Assembly (NCBI GenBank): GCA_012522855.1
Contig: JAAYJQ010000002.1
Location: 71,607 to 135,606 of the forward strand
Direction: 5' to 3'
Length of the DNA: 64,000 nt
DNA from: Bacteroidales bacterium
GTDB lineage: Bacteria; Bacteroidota; Bacteroidia; Bacteroidales; UBA932
Part shown: positions 18,489 to 26,066 of the stretch, piece after piece
Numbering within the stretch: position 1 is the stretch's first letter
Layout: the number at the start of each line of letters is the position of its first letter
Notes under the pieces: model-generated
What the model was told of the DNA's origin: nothing
The model's database searches: none
Seen by the model: only the letters and a program-made list of their open reading frames with translations
Translations under genes and position numbers: made by a program

Positions 18489-19169
18489 TTATTTGATGTA
18501 TTTCTGGATGATACCTTCGAGAACTTCGTATCCTGCGCTGGTAAGGTGGCAGTTGTCCACGGTGTATTCGTCCTTGCAGGCGTTGTTGCCGTCGGTGAGC
18601 GCAGAGAAGTAATCGACGTATGTAACTCCCTTGGTGTGGTCCGCATACTCTTTCATCAGGGCATTGAAAGCCGGAATCTTGGTCTGAGGATCAGCTTCTT
18701 TCCTCCATAAGTATTGCTTGCACGGGGTCACCGAGCAAAGGAGGACCTTGATCTTGTTGGCCTTGGCAAGCTCGCACATGGAGATGATGTTGTCCAGCAT
18801 GTTCTCCAGGGAGATGATTCCGTTGTTTTCAGCCACGTCGTTGGTCCCGACCATCAAAGCGACATACTTGGGGTGGATTTCGAGTACGTCCTGACGGAAA
18901 CGCACCAGCATTTCGCTGGTAGTCTGGCCACCGATGCCACGTCCGAGATAGTTGTTGGAAGCGAAAAAATCAGGACGTTGTCTCACCCAGAATTCTGTAA
19001 TGGAGTCGCCCATGAAGACGACCTTGGGAGTCTTCGTGATAGCGGCATTCTCATCGGCATAGCGAGTCAGATATGCCCAGTCCCTTTTTTGGAGCGCCCG
19101 GAAATTCTGCCCGAAGCAGGTTGCAGCCGAGAATATCACAACTGCGATCAATAACAGTTTCTTTTTCAT
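18489..19169 (-). CDS. SGNH/GDSL-family esterase (acetylesterase-like)
   Basis: All four SGNH blocks are present: FMGDSITEFW, GIGGQTT, GTNDV and DNCHLT. Signal peptide present. Confidence 0.85.
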   Translation of the reverse strand: MKKKLLLIAVVIFSAATCFGQNFRALQKRDWAYLTRYADENAAITKTPKVVFMGDSITEFWVRQRPDFFASNNYLGRGIGGQTTSEMLVRFRQDVLEIHPKYVALMVGTNDVAENNGIISLENMLDNIISMCELAKANKIKVLLCSVTPCKQYLWRKEADPQTKIPAFNALMKEYADHTKGVTYVDYFSALTDGNNACKDEYTVDNCHLTSAGYEVLEGIIQKYIK

Positions 19170-19183
19170 ATTTCCGGAGTCCG

Positions 19184-20809
19184 TTATCTGTTCATGATTT
19201 CGATAGCCTCCTTGTCAGGAGCGTTGAGGACGTAACTCTTGTCCGCAAGAATCATGGTCGCGCCTTCTTCGGTAGTATATTCCGGCCAGTTGGGAAGACC
19301 GGTCTTGCCGTTGGGGTTGCCGGTCGCCATGAAATTATAGAGCGCCTTGGCCATCTTCTTGGAGAGGTTCCTGGGATACTGTCCGCCACCGGTGTGGGAT
19401 ACCTGCAGGTCGGTGTTCATGAACCAGAACGCGATATCCATTGTGTGGAATGCGTGGAGACGGCCGTCGAGGATAGGCGGCTGCCAGTCAAACCAGGCCA
19501 CATATACCGGGGCGTTCTGCTTGACCTTGAGATTGGCCGTATTGAGGACACCCCTGCGGGAACTTGCGACGAGATCGTTGATTTCGATAGGGAGCTTGTC
19601 AGGGAAAATCTTGGCAAATGCCTCGTAGAGGGGAGCCGCCTTTTCATCACCGACTCTCTGGGCGATCATCTGGATGACTTCGTCCTTGGAAGAAGCATGC
19701 TTTTTGGCATCGTCGCGCGCAGAAGGCCACTCAGCGGTCGTGGAGCAGATAAGCAGAGGAACGTTTGAGCAGTGTTCGCTCTGGAAGAAGTCACCCACGG
19801 GGATATGGTCACCGTCAGCGATAGGACCGAATCCGAAACGACCGAGGCCGGGGTGATTGCCGGCATACGCTCTCTGCACTCTGCTGGCCAGGGCCATATA
19901 CTCTTCGAAAGGCATCTCTTGAAGCTTGTTCATCTCCTCGGGTTTCAGGCCCGCTTCTTCGAGAATGGCAAGACCGAGTCCCCGGGCCGCTTCTTTGTTG
20001 ATAGCCTGCGTAGCGTTACCGCTTAACGCGACAGCCTTGTGAATCAAGCCTTCGGTCTCAGGCATTGCAACGAGGTTGCAGACTTTTGCTCCACCGCCGC
20101 TCTGGCCGATGATTGTTACGTTGTCGGGGTCGCCACCGAAGTTCGCGATGTTGTTGTGCACCCACTTCAAGGCCTCTACGAGGTCGAGAATACCTACATT
20201 GCCGGAATCCTTGAACTTGGGATCCACTCCCGAGAAATCGGTGAAGCCGATCGAATTCAACCTGTGATTGGGCGACACGAACACAGCATTCGTATAGCGG
20301 CTGAAGTTCTCGCCATGATATTCGTGGTGCTCGATGCTGTTGCCGCTGGAGAAGCCGCCGCCGTGGAGCCATACGATAACGGGGCGCTTCGCATTGTCGA
20401 GGCCGGGTGTCCATACGTTCAGGTTCAAACAGTCTTCGCTCATGTCGTAGTAGTTCCAGCAGTCCAGGAACGTCGCGATGTTGTTCGGATATTTCATTAC
20501 GGACTGCGGAGCGCATGCGCCATAGAACACGGCGTCTTTCACGCCGTCCCAGGGCTGCGGCGGCTTCGCAGGCATGAAGCGGTTTTCACCGGCTGTACTT
20601 GCTCCGTAAGGAATGCCCAGGAATGTGTAGGTGTCGCGCATGATGTACCCCCTTACCTTTCCGTACCGGGTGTTCGCGATGGCGATGCTGTCGCCGATGT
20701 ACAGCTGCTGGTCAGTGCGGCTGAAGAAGTTCTCCTCCTTAGCGTTTTTGCATGATACAACTGCAAATACGGCAGAAAGTGTCAGGATTGACAGTATAAT
20801 CTTTTTCAT
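19184..20809 (-). CDS. type-B carboxylesterase family lipoprotein
   Basis: Lipobox AVFAVVSC, oxyanion motif VWLHGGGFSSG, nucleophile elbow GQSGGGAKV, and 541 aa, typical of the COesterase family. Confidence 0.85.
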   Translation of the reverse strand: MKKIILSILTLSAVFAVVSCKNAKEENFFSRTDQQLYIGDSIAIANTRYGKVRGYIMRDTYTFLGIPYGASTAGENRFMPAKPPQPWDGVKDAVFYGACAPQSVMKYPNNIATFLDCWNYYDMSEDCLNLNVWTPGLDNAKRPVIVWLHGGGFSSGNSIEHHEYHGENFSRYTNAVFVSPNHRLNSIGFTDFSGVDPKFKDSGNVGILDLVEALKWVHNNIANFGGDPDNVTIIGQSGGGAKVCNLVAMPETEGLIHKAVALSGNATQAINKEAARGLGLAILEEAGLKPEEMNKLQEMPFEEYMALASRVQRAYAGNHPGLGRFGFGPIADGDHIPVGDFFQSEHCSNVPLLICSTTAEWPSARDDAKKHASSKDEVIQMIAQRVGDEKAAPLYEAFAKIFPDKLPIEINDLVASSRRGVLNTANLKVKQNAPVYVAWFDWQPPILDGRLHAFHTMDIAFWFMNTDLQVSHTGGGQYPRNLSKKMAKALYNFMATGNPNGKTGLPNWPEYTTEEGATMILADKSYVLNAPDKEAIEIMNR

Positions 20810-20852
20810 AATACGTGTGTAATATAATTGTTGGATAATCGTTTCAACACAG

Positions 20853-21785
20853 TTAGAAACCTTCCACCTTCATCCAGTGGAGCATGCTTTCCTTCCAGTC
20901 GTCGCTGGTAGTGTTGTTCACGGCGGAGCCGAAACCGCCCTTGCCGTTGCCGTATATGTGGATCTCAGATGGAATTCCGTGTTTCTGCCACTCGAGATAG
21001 AGGGATAGGCACCCCGGCGCTACGTTCTGATGGTCAGCCCTTGTTGCCACGAAAAGTTTCGGAGCATTCTCCGGAACATTCATAACGGTGACGGGAGGAC
21101 CGTACATCGTAGCCAGATAAGCCGGCATAACAGACGGGTCGGTATTGCGCATCACAGCATAGATGGCGATGCAGCCTCCGGCCGAAAAACCGAGATACCC
21201 GATCTTGGCGGGATCGATGTTCCATTCCGCGGCATGGGACTTCACGTAGCGGACCGCCTGCTCGGCATCCAATTGCTCCAGGGCCATGATAGGAGAGTGC
21301 TCCGTTCTCAAGGATTGGATATACTCTTCCACCTGATAAACCTCAAGACCGGCCGGAATGGGACCGGTAGCGGCACGTGGCGCCTGCCCTTGAGCGGTCG
21401 GCGACTGCGGCTGTTCCGCCGGTGCGGATCCGTCATGAAGCCTGTATTTCAGGACAAATGCGGCAACGCCGTGGTCACGGAACCACTCCGCTACTACGCC
21501 ACCCTCAGATGCCCAGCTGAGAAGTTGGAGTCCGCCACCCGGGAGGATGATGACTGCCGAGCCTGTAGCGTTCTCCTTCGGAGGGATATAGGCGGTGATT
21601 GTGGGTATTGAGACGCCTCTGAGGATGATTGTATCACCCAGGGGGGAAGTCGTGGCCGATTCGAGATTGACATTGCCTTTGTTTCCCGGAACCGGACCAT
21701 CGAATAAAGGGACTTGATTCTGGGCGAACACACGCCCGGAACCAAATCCCAACAGAAGCAGTATCAATAATATCCCTTTACGCAT
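20853..21785 (-). CDS. secreted alpha/beta-hydrolase esterase, paralog of 15085-16026, with a P/Q/A-rich insert
   Basis: VIILPGGGLQLLSW, HGVAAFVLKYR and GFSAGGC align with the 15085-16026 product. Carries the low-complexity insert APAEQPQSPTAQGQAPRAATGP. Confidence 0.8.
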   Translation of the reverse strand: MRKGILLILLLLGFGSGRVFAQNQVPLFDGPVPGNKGNVNLESATTSPLGDTIILRGVSIPTITAYIPPKENATGSAVIILPGGGLQLLSWASEGGVVAEWFRDHGVAAFVLKYRLHDGSAPAEQPQSPTAQGQAPRAATGPIPAGLEVYQVEEYIQSLRTEHSPIMALEQLDAEQAVRYVKSHAAEWNIDPAKIGYLGFSAGGCIAIYAVMRNTDPSVMPAYLATMYGPPVTVMNVPENAPKLFVATRADHQNVAPGCLSLYLEWQKHGIPSEIHIYGNGKGGFGSAVNNTTSDDWKESMLHWMKVEGF

Positions 21786-21797
21786 GAAGTTATGGTT

Positions 21798-22868
21798 TTA
21801 TTGCCTTGGAGGGGCACCCTGCGGAGCACCCTGAGGACGACCACCGGGAGCGCCGCCCTGGCTACGCATGCGGTTCACGGCTTCATACTGTCCCGGACGT
21901 ACGGTGTCGAGGAAATTCGCGTCCGTACGAGGCTTCGGCGATCTCTCGACTGCATGGACCTTGATGTTCTGGCCGTCGATGACGATTCTGTCAAGGAACG
22001 AGTCGATTTCATTCCAGAACCATTTCAGAGGGAGGAGTGCCATTACGTGGTCACCGTTGAAGTACTCGTAGAGCATATAGGGAACGTCCATTGCATAGAG
22101 CTGCTTGCTTACGTAGTTGGGACCGAAACCGTAGCGGTTCGGGTTGCGTTCCATGTCAAATGTCACCATAGGGTCTATCGAGCCGTGGAAGAAGCACATG
22201 GGGCAGGGTTTCTTGTCCCATCTGAGTTCCGTGTCGTTGTCGCCGGTCAGATAGACAGCACCTGCCATAGGGATTACACCGGCATAGTTGAAATCAGCGG
22301 GAAGGTTGTCCTTCGCGATTTTGTGGCCTGAGCAGATATAATACTCGGCGTTCATACTGTTGATGGCACCCGCGCTGCTGCCGCTGAGGACAATCTTCTC
22401 GGGATCGATGTTGTATTCGTCAGCATGCTCGATAAGCCATGTAGTAGCGGCATAGATATCTTCAACACCGATGTCGATCGAATATTGGAAAGGATTGTAT
22501 CCCTCCGGGGGAGTGATGAGACGGTTTCCGTCCCTGCTGCGAGCGGAGCCGAGACGATAGTCGATCGCGACACAGACCCAACCTTTTTCGCAAAGGTGGT
22601 CATACAGGGGATTGCAAAGAGCATCCACCCTTGATCCCATGGCCCAGGCGCCGCCGAATGAATAAATGAATACCGGACGTTTACCTTCCGTTTTCTGGTC
22701 CTTGAACTGATAGATATCCATAAGGATAGGCTTGGAATCGCGAACTACGAACTCTACAGTAGTCTTATCGGCTTTGGACACAACTTCCGCCTGTTGTTGC
22801 GGCTGTGCGCCGGTATTTATGGACCATGCCGTTATGAGGACTGCACAGAGAATCAAAAATTTCTTCAT
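21798..22868 (-). CDS. secreted alpha/beta-hydrolase (Abhydrolase_3/BD-FAE-like esterase) with a G/P/Q-rich C-terminal tail
   Basis: Signal peptide, IYSFGGAWAMGS oxyanion-type motif, GSSAGAIN nucleophile elbow, and tail GGAPGGRPQGAPQGAPPRQ. Confidence 0.75.
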   Translation of the reverse strand: MKKFLILCAVLITAWSINTGAQPQQQAEVVSKADKTTVEFVVRDSKPILMDIYQFKDQKTEGKRPVFIYSFGGAWAMGSRVDALCNPLYDHLCEKGWVCVAIDYRLGSARSRDGNRLITPPEGYNPFQYSIDIGVEDIYAATTWLIEHADEYNIDPEKIVLSGSSAGAINSMNAEYYICSGHKIAKDNLPADFNYAGVIPMAGAVYLTGDNDTELRWDKKPCPMCFFHGSIDPMVTFDMERNPNRYGFGPNYVSKQLYAMDVPYMLYEYFNGDHVMALLPLKWFWNEIDSFLDRIVIDGQNIKVHAVERSPKPRTDANFLDTVRPGQYEAVNRMRSQGGAPGGRPQGAPQGAPPRQ

Positions 22869-22915
22869 GATCTGATACGTGATTTAAAGGTGTTAATTAA
22901 TAGTGTTTTATTCAG

Positions 22916-23887
22916 TTATTTTTTACCGAGGAGATAGAGGACGGGGACATCGAGACGCGAAGCCCAGGAATCCTCAACGTGGGCAAGGCCCGGGAATACT
23001 TTGCTGACATAATGGGCCTCGTCCCAGCCCGCATCCTTGAACATCTTGTCCAGGCGGTCCTGATACTTGGGGTACTGGGCGTCGAGGGTCTGGTCGCCGC
23101 GGTCCATGTACATCTTGCAGCTGTTGGGTTTGAGGTTCGCCTTGAGGTAGTCAACATAGCACTGGTTTGCAAGGTCGATGAAGTCCTGTTCAGCATTATA
23201 ATTGGTGATATAAAGGACCGAGTGGGTCGAAAGACAGCCTGCGCCGCCGAACACTTCGGGATATTTGGTCACTGCATAAGAAGAAATCAGGCCTCCCATG
23301 CTGGATCCCATGTGGAAAGTATGATCCCTGTCCTTGCGAGTCGAATATGTCTCGTCGATGAAAGGTTTCAGCTCTTCAACGAGGAATTTCAGGTAGTTGT
23401 TGGCCAGGAGGTCATCTTCGCCCAATCTCTTGCTTCTCGAATATTCTTTCAACTCCGGGGAGTAGAGATCGAATATATCCTGGGGGAAGTATTCCTGGCT
23501 TCTTGTGCGGAATGAGTGGGCTACACCGACAACGATGCAGTTCTGGATCTTGCCCTCTTCAAGAAGACCGCCGAAGACTTCGTCGACGCGCCATTCCTGA
23601 TGGTTGAACATCTTTTCAGGATCGAAAAGATTCTGACCGTCGCTCATGTAAACAACGGCGTATTTTTTACATTTCGTGTAATTCTCCGGGACCCATACAT
23701 ACACGTTTCTCGGTGTTACAAGCCCCGACTTGGATTCGAAATCCGGATAAAAATCAAGTTTGCCCACGGAAACCTCGGGCTTGTCAGGATTGCCGTCACC
23801 AACGGTGCCGGCCGTTTTGTCAATGCCGCAGCATGTGAAGATAAATAATGTTGTGGCAACCACTGTCGGAATTCTATATAATTTCAT
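22916..23887 (-). CDS. esterase-D/enterochelin-esterase-like (PF00756-type, CE1-like) lipoprotein
   Basis: Lipobox-like TTLFIFTCCG, YAVVYMSDGQNLFD, and nucleophile elbow HMGSSMGGL. Start set at the ATG MKLYRIP because the candidate -7 box lies inside the longer ORF. Confidence 0.75.
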   Translation of the reverse strand: MKLYRIPTVVATTLFIFTCCGIDKTAGTVGDGNPDKPEVSVGKLDFYPDFESKSGLVTPRNVYVWVPENYTKCKKYAVVYMSDGQNLFDPEKMFNHQEWRVDEVFGGLLEEGKIQNCIVVGVAHSFRTRSQEYFPQDIFDLYSPELKEYSRSKRLGEDDLLANNYLKFLVEELKPFIDETYSTRKDRDHTFHMGSSMGGLISSYAVTKYPEVFGGAGCLSTHSVLYITNYNAEQDFIDLANQCYVDYLKANLKPNSCKMYMDRGDQTLDAQYPKYQDRLDKMFKDAGWDEAHYVSKVFPGLAHVEDSWASRLDVPVLYLLGKK

Positions 23888-23919
23888 GGCCGGAATATGT
23901 GTTATGTTATAGTGCATCT

Positions 23920-23927
23920 CAAATTTA
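23920..23927 (-). promoter_or_regulatory. candidate -7 box (TAAATTTG on the minus strand) for the nine-gene esterase/SusCD operon
   Basis: The plus strand reads CAAATTTA, 33 nt upstream of the ATG at 23887. The region is AT-rich and lies downstream of the tRNA terminator. Confidence 0.45.
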
Positions 23928-23950
23928 AAACGTTATAAGAAAGTACCGTT

Positions 23951-23962
23951 GCACAATTGTGC
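23951..23962. promoter_or_regulatory. perfect 12-bp palindrome GCACAATTGTGC upstream of the operon promoter (candidate operator)
   Basis: Read directly from the sequence. Related ACAATT-containing inverted repeats occur at 23986-24001 (ACTTGACAATTCAAGT) and ~24085 (TGCAATTG). Confidence 0.35.
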
Positions 23963-24097
23963 CAAATTAATGCAGTTTTTCACCAACTTGACAATTCAAG
24001 TTCTTTGAGCGGTGTCTTGTCCGTGAGGGGGATGCTGAGTAGATTTGGATCCGGACTGTTGTCGAATGCAAGCGTTAAAGCGAGTGCAATTGAAATA

Positions 24098-24131
24098 AAA
24101 AAGGCTTTCTAGATATTTAGAAAGCCTTTTT
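24098..24131. terminator. hairpin terminator downstream of tRNA-Pro(UGG)
   Basis: AAAAAGGCTTTCTA-GATATT-TAGAAAGCCTTTTT: 14-bp perfect stem whose arms end in A5/T5 runs. Lies 5 nt 3' of the tRNA. Confidence 0.6.
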
Positions 24132-24135
24132 AAAG

Positions 24136-24209
24136 TCGGGGTACCGTGACTCGAACACGGGACCCTCTGCTCCCAAAGCAGATGCGCTAGCCAACTGCGC
24201 CACACCCCG
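24136..24209 (-). tRNA. tRNA-Pro, anticodon UGG
   Basis: Hand-folded cloverleaf: acceptor CGGGGTG/TACCCCG, D stem GCGC/GCGC, anticodon stem TCTGC/GCAGA with loop TTTGGGA, T arm CCGTG-TTCGAGT-CACGG, discriminator A. No encoded CCA. Confidence 0.9.
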
Positions 24210-24339
24210 AAAACTTTCCTTCGGGTTTGCCCCTCAGGCCGTTTTTCCGCAGTGAAATCCATTCGGGGAATCCCTGCCGGAACGGATTGCAAAATTATTT
24301 CAAATAATCGGAAAAGCAAAATTTCCCGTTATTTTACCG

Positions 24340-24347
24340 TATCTTTG
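24340..24347 (+). promoter_or_regulatory. candidate -7 box (TATCTTTG) only 4 nt upstream of the lolD-like ATG
   Basis: Exact TAnnTTTG match. Its position predicts a leaderless or near-leaderless transcript. Confidence 0.4.
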
Positions 24348-24351
24348 GTTC

Positions 24352-25005
24352 ATGATCATACAGGCGAAAGGCATAGAAAAAAGTTTCGGGACCTTGAAAG
24401 TTCTGAAGGGAATCGACCTGGAGGTCGAGAAATCCGAGATTGTGTCGATCATGGGCGCCTCCGGTGCCGGGAAATCGACGTTGCTGCAGATTTTGGGCAC
24501 CTTATCAACTCCGGATGCAGGCTCCCTGCGGATCGAAGGGACCGATGTCCTTCATTTGAGCGGGAAGGAACTCTCTGCTTTCCGGAACCGGAAGATCGGA
24601 TTCGTGTTTCAGTTCCATCATTTGCTCCCTGAGTTCGATGCCCTCGAAAATGTCATGATTCCGGCTTATATCGGAGGCAGGGGCGACAGGGATGCCCGGC
24701 AGGCTGCGACGGCCCTCCTGTGCGAAATGGGTCTGGAAAGCCGCATGAGTCACAAACCTTCCGAACTTTCAGGCGGAGAACAGCAACGGGTCGCCATCGC
24801 CCGGGCACTGGTCAATTCTCCGGCCATTCTGTTTGCGGACGAGCCTTCCGGCAATCTGGACTCGAAGACCAAGGCGGAAATCCATCAACTCTTCTTCGAT
24901 CTCCGCGACAAGTACGGGCAGACGATCGTCATCGTGACGCATGACCCTGTCCTGGCCGACATGTGCGACCGGTCGCTGTTCATGCGGGACGGACAGTTCG
25001 TCTGA
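24352..25005 (+). CDS. lolD: ABC transporter ATP-binding protein (LolD/MacB-ATPase-like)
   Basis: Walker [10 protein letters not shown], signature [15 protein letters not shown], Walker [13 protein letters not shown], 217 aa. Confidence 0.85.
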   Translation: MIIQAKGIEKSFGTLKVLKGIDLEVEKSEIVSIMGASGAGKSTLLQILGTLSTPDAGSLRIEGTDVLHLSGKELSAFRNRKIGFVFQFHHLLPEFDALENVMIPAYIGGRGDRDARQAATALLCEMGLESRMSHKPSELSGGEQQRVAIARALVNSPAILFADEPSGNLDSKTKAEIHQLFFDLRDKYGQTIVIVTHDPVLADMCDRSLFMRDGQFV

Positions 25006-25054
25006 CCTTGCTTGAAGAAAAAGGGAAACGTACTTCTCAGCATGCTTCCCTAAC

Positions 25055-25114
25055 AACAGATTATTATTTGTAACCAAACTAACCAACCAATTACCAAACC
25101 AGCAATAATCTGTT
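25055..25114. other. long-loop hairpin with an ACCAA-rich 38-nt loop in a convergent intergenic region
   Basis: 11-bp perfect stem AACAGATTATT / AATAATCTGTT enclosing ATTTGTAACCAAACTAACCAACCAATTACCAAACCAGC. Confidence 0.5.
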
Positions 25115-25151
25115 CTATTACGACGGGTGTGGCGCTTACTGTCAACCCGTT

Positions 25152-25610
25152 CTAGTTTCTCCTCAATCGGTGAATCTGCTGCCTGCGGAAGGATTCTTCA
25201 CCGATGTACAACTTGGCGACCTTCATGCCGGGAAGAATCTTCCGGTACTCCGCCGCATACTTCTGGTCGATGTCTTTGTCGGACTGCAGAGCCGTAAGAT
25301 AGCGGTCAAGCAGGGTCGTGATTTCTTTGTCATCCTTTTTCTCGCGGACGGCTTTGTCCAAGGACCGATAGGCTTGCATGACGGCATCCATCGACTTCCG
25401 CTTCTCAGTCTCCGCCTGATTGTAGATCGGCCAGAATTTTTCGGCTTCGGCAGGGGAAAGTTCCATCGCGTTTGTGAGGAAAGCGATTTTCTCCGCCTTG
25501 ACCCGGTCCATCCAATTTCCTTGCCCTCTACCGGGGCCCTGAGCATGGGATGACACGTTCAGCATCATGCCCAGCACGGAGAGAAAGATTGTAAACAGGA
25601 TATTTCTCAT
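25152..25610 (-). CDS. secreted helical protein (Spy/CpxP-like periplasmic sensor or chaperone-like), third gene of an ECF module
   Basis: Signal peptide ending SSHAQG, then helical K/E/A-rich sequence. Its position after the sigma and membrane-protein genes is common in Bacteroidetes. Confidence 0.5.
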   Translation of the reverse strand: MRNILFTIFLSVLGMMLNVSSHAQGPGRGQGNWMDRVKAEKIAFLTNAMELSPAEAEKFWPIYNQAETEKRKSMDAVMQAYRSLDKAVREKKDDKEITTLLDRYLTALQSDKDIDQKYAAEYRKILPGMKVAKLYIGEESFRRQQIHRLRRN

Positions 25611-25612
25611 AA

Positions 25613-26032
25613 TTAATCTTCTAGAAGTTCAACGTATGCAATTAATTCCACCGACACGCCTGTCTCGATCAAGAAGTTGATGATGTCTTCATCCGAAGTT
25701 TCCATTTCTTCTTCGTCTTCCATTTCGAAGATGGCATAGGGTTGCGTCACGGGGATGAGGTCCGAGTACATCAGCTCTTTGTAGAACTGATCCGAGGACG
25801 AAGCCCCGGGCGCGGTTTTCCGGAGAATGGCGTTTCCGATCAGGAAAGAAGCGGCGAAGCAGGCAGCAAGCGCGGCATAGGGCCTGATTCGCTGCCAAAG
25901 ACTTCTCGGAACGGTGTCAACCGATGAAACAGCGATCTCGTTCAGTCTCCCTTTCAACCGGTCAAAATAGCCGTCCGGGACGCTGTAAGGATTCCTTTTC
26001 AGGTCGTCAAGTATGTCCTTTCCCATTTTCAT
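25613..26032 (-). CDS. single-pass membrane protein, putative anti-sigma factor
   Basis: A cytoplasmic N-terminal ~45 aa, one TM helix (YAALAACFAASFLIGNAIL), and an acidic C-terminus. Lies directly downstream of the ECF sigma gene. Assigned by synteny only. Confidence 0.45.
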   Translation of the reverse strand: MKMGKDILDDLKRNPYSVPDGYFDRLKGRLNEIAVSSVDTVPRSLWQRIRPYAALAACFAASFLIGNAILRKTAPGASSSDQFYKELMYSDLIPVTQPYAIFEMEDEEEMETSDEDIINFLIETGVSVELIAYVELLED

Positions 26033-26066
26033 CGCTAATTGTTTGACAGATAAATAGACAGATGGT

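Noticed and set aside
24290-24297. CAAAATTA (a minus-strand TAATTTTG box) as a promoter for tRNA-Pro(UGG).
   Set aside because: It is an exact motif match, but it lies ~80 nt upstream of the mature 5' end. That leader is too long for me to call it with any confidence, so it was left out of the feature list.
23996-24319. A 107-aa ORF on the minus strand.
   Set aside because: It reads straight through the tRNA-Pro(UGG) gene and its terminator hairpin, so it is not a plausible CDS.
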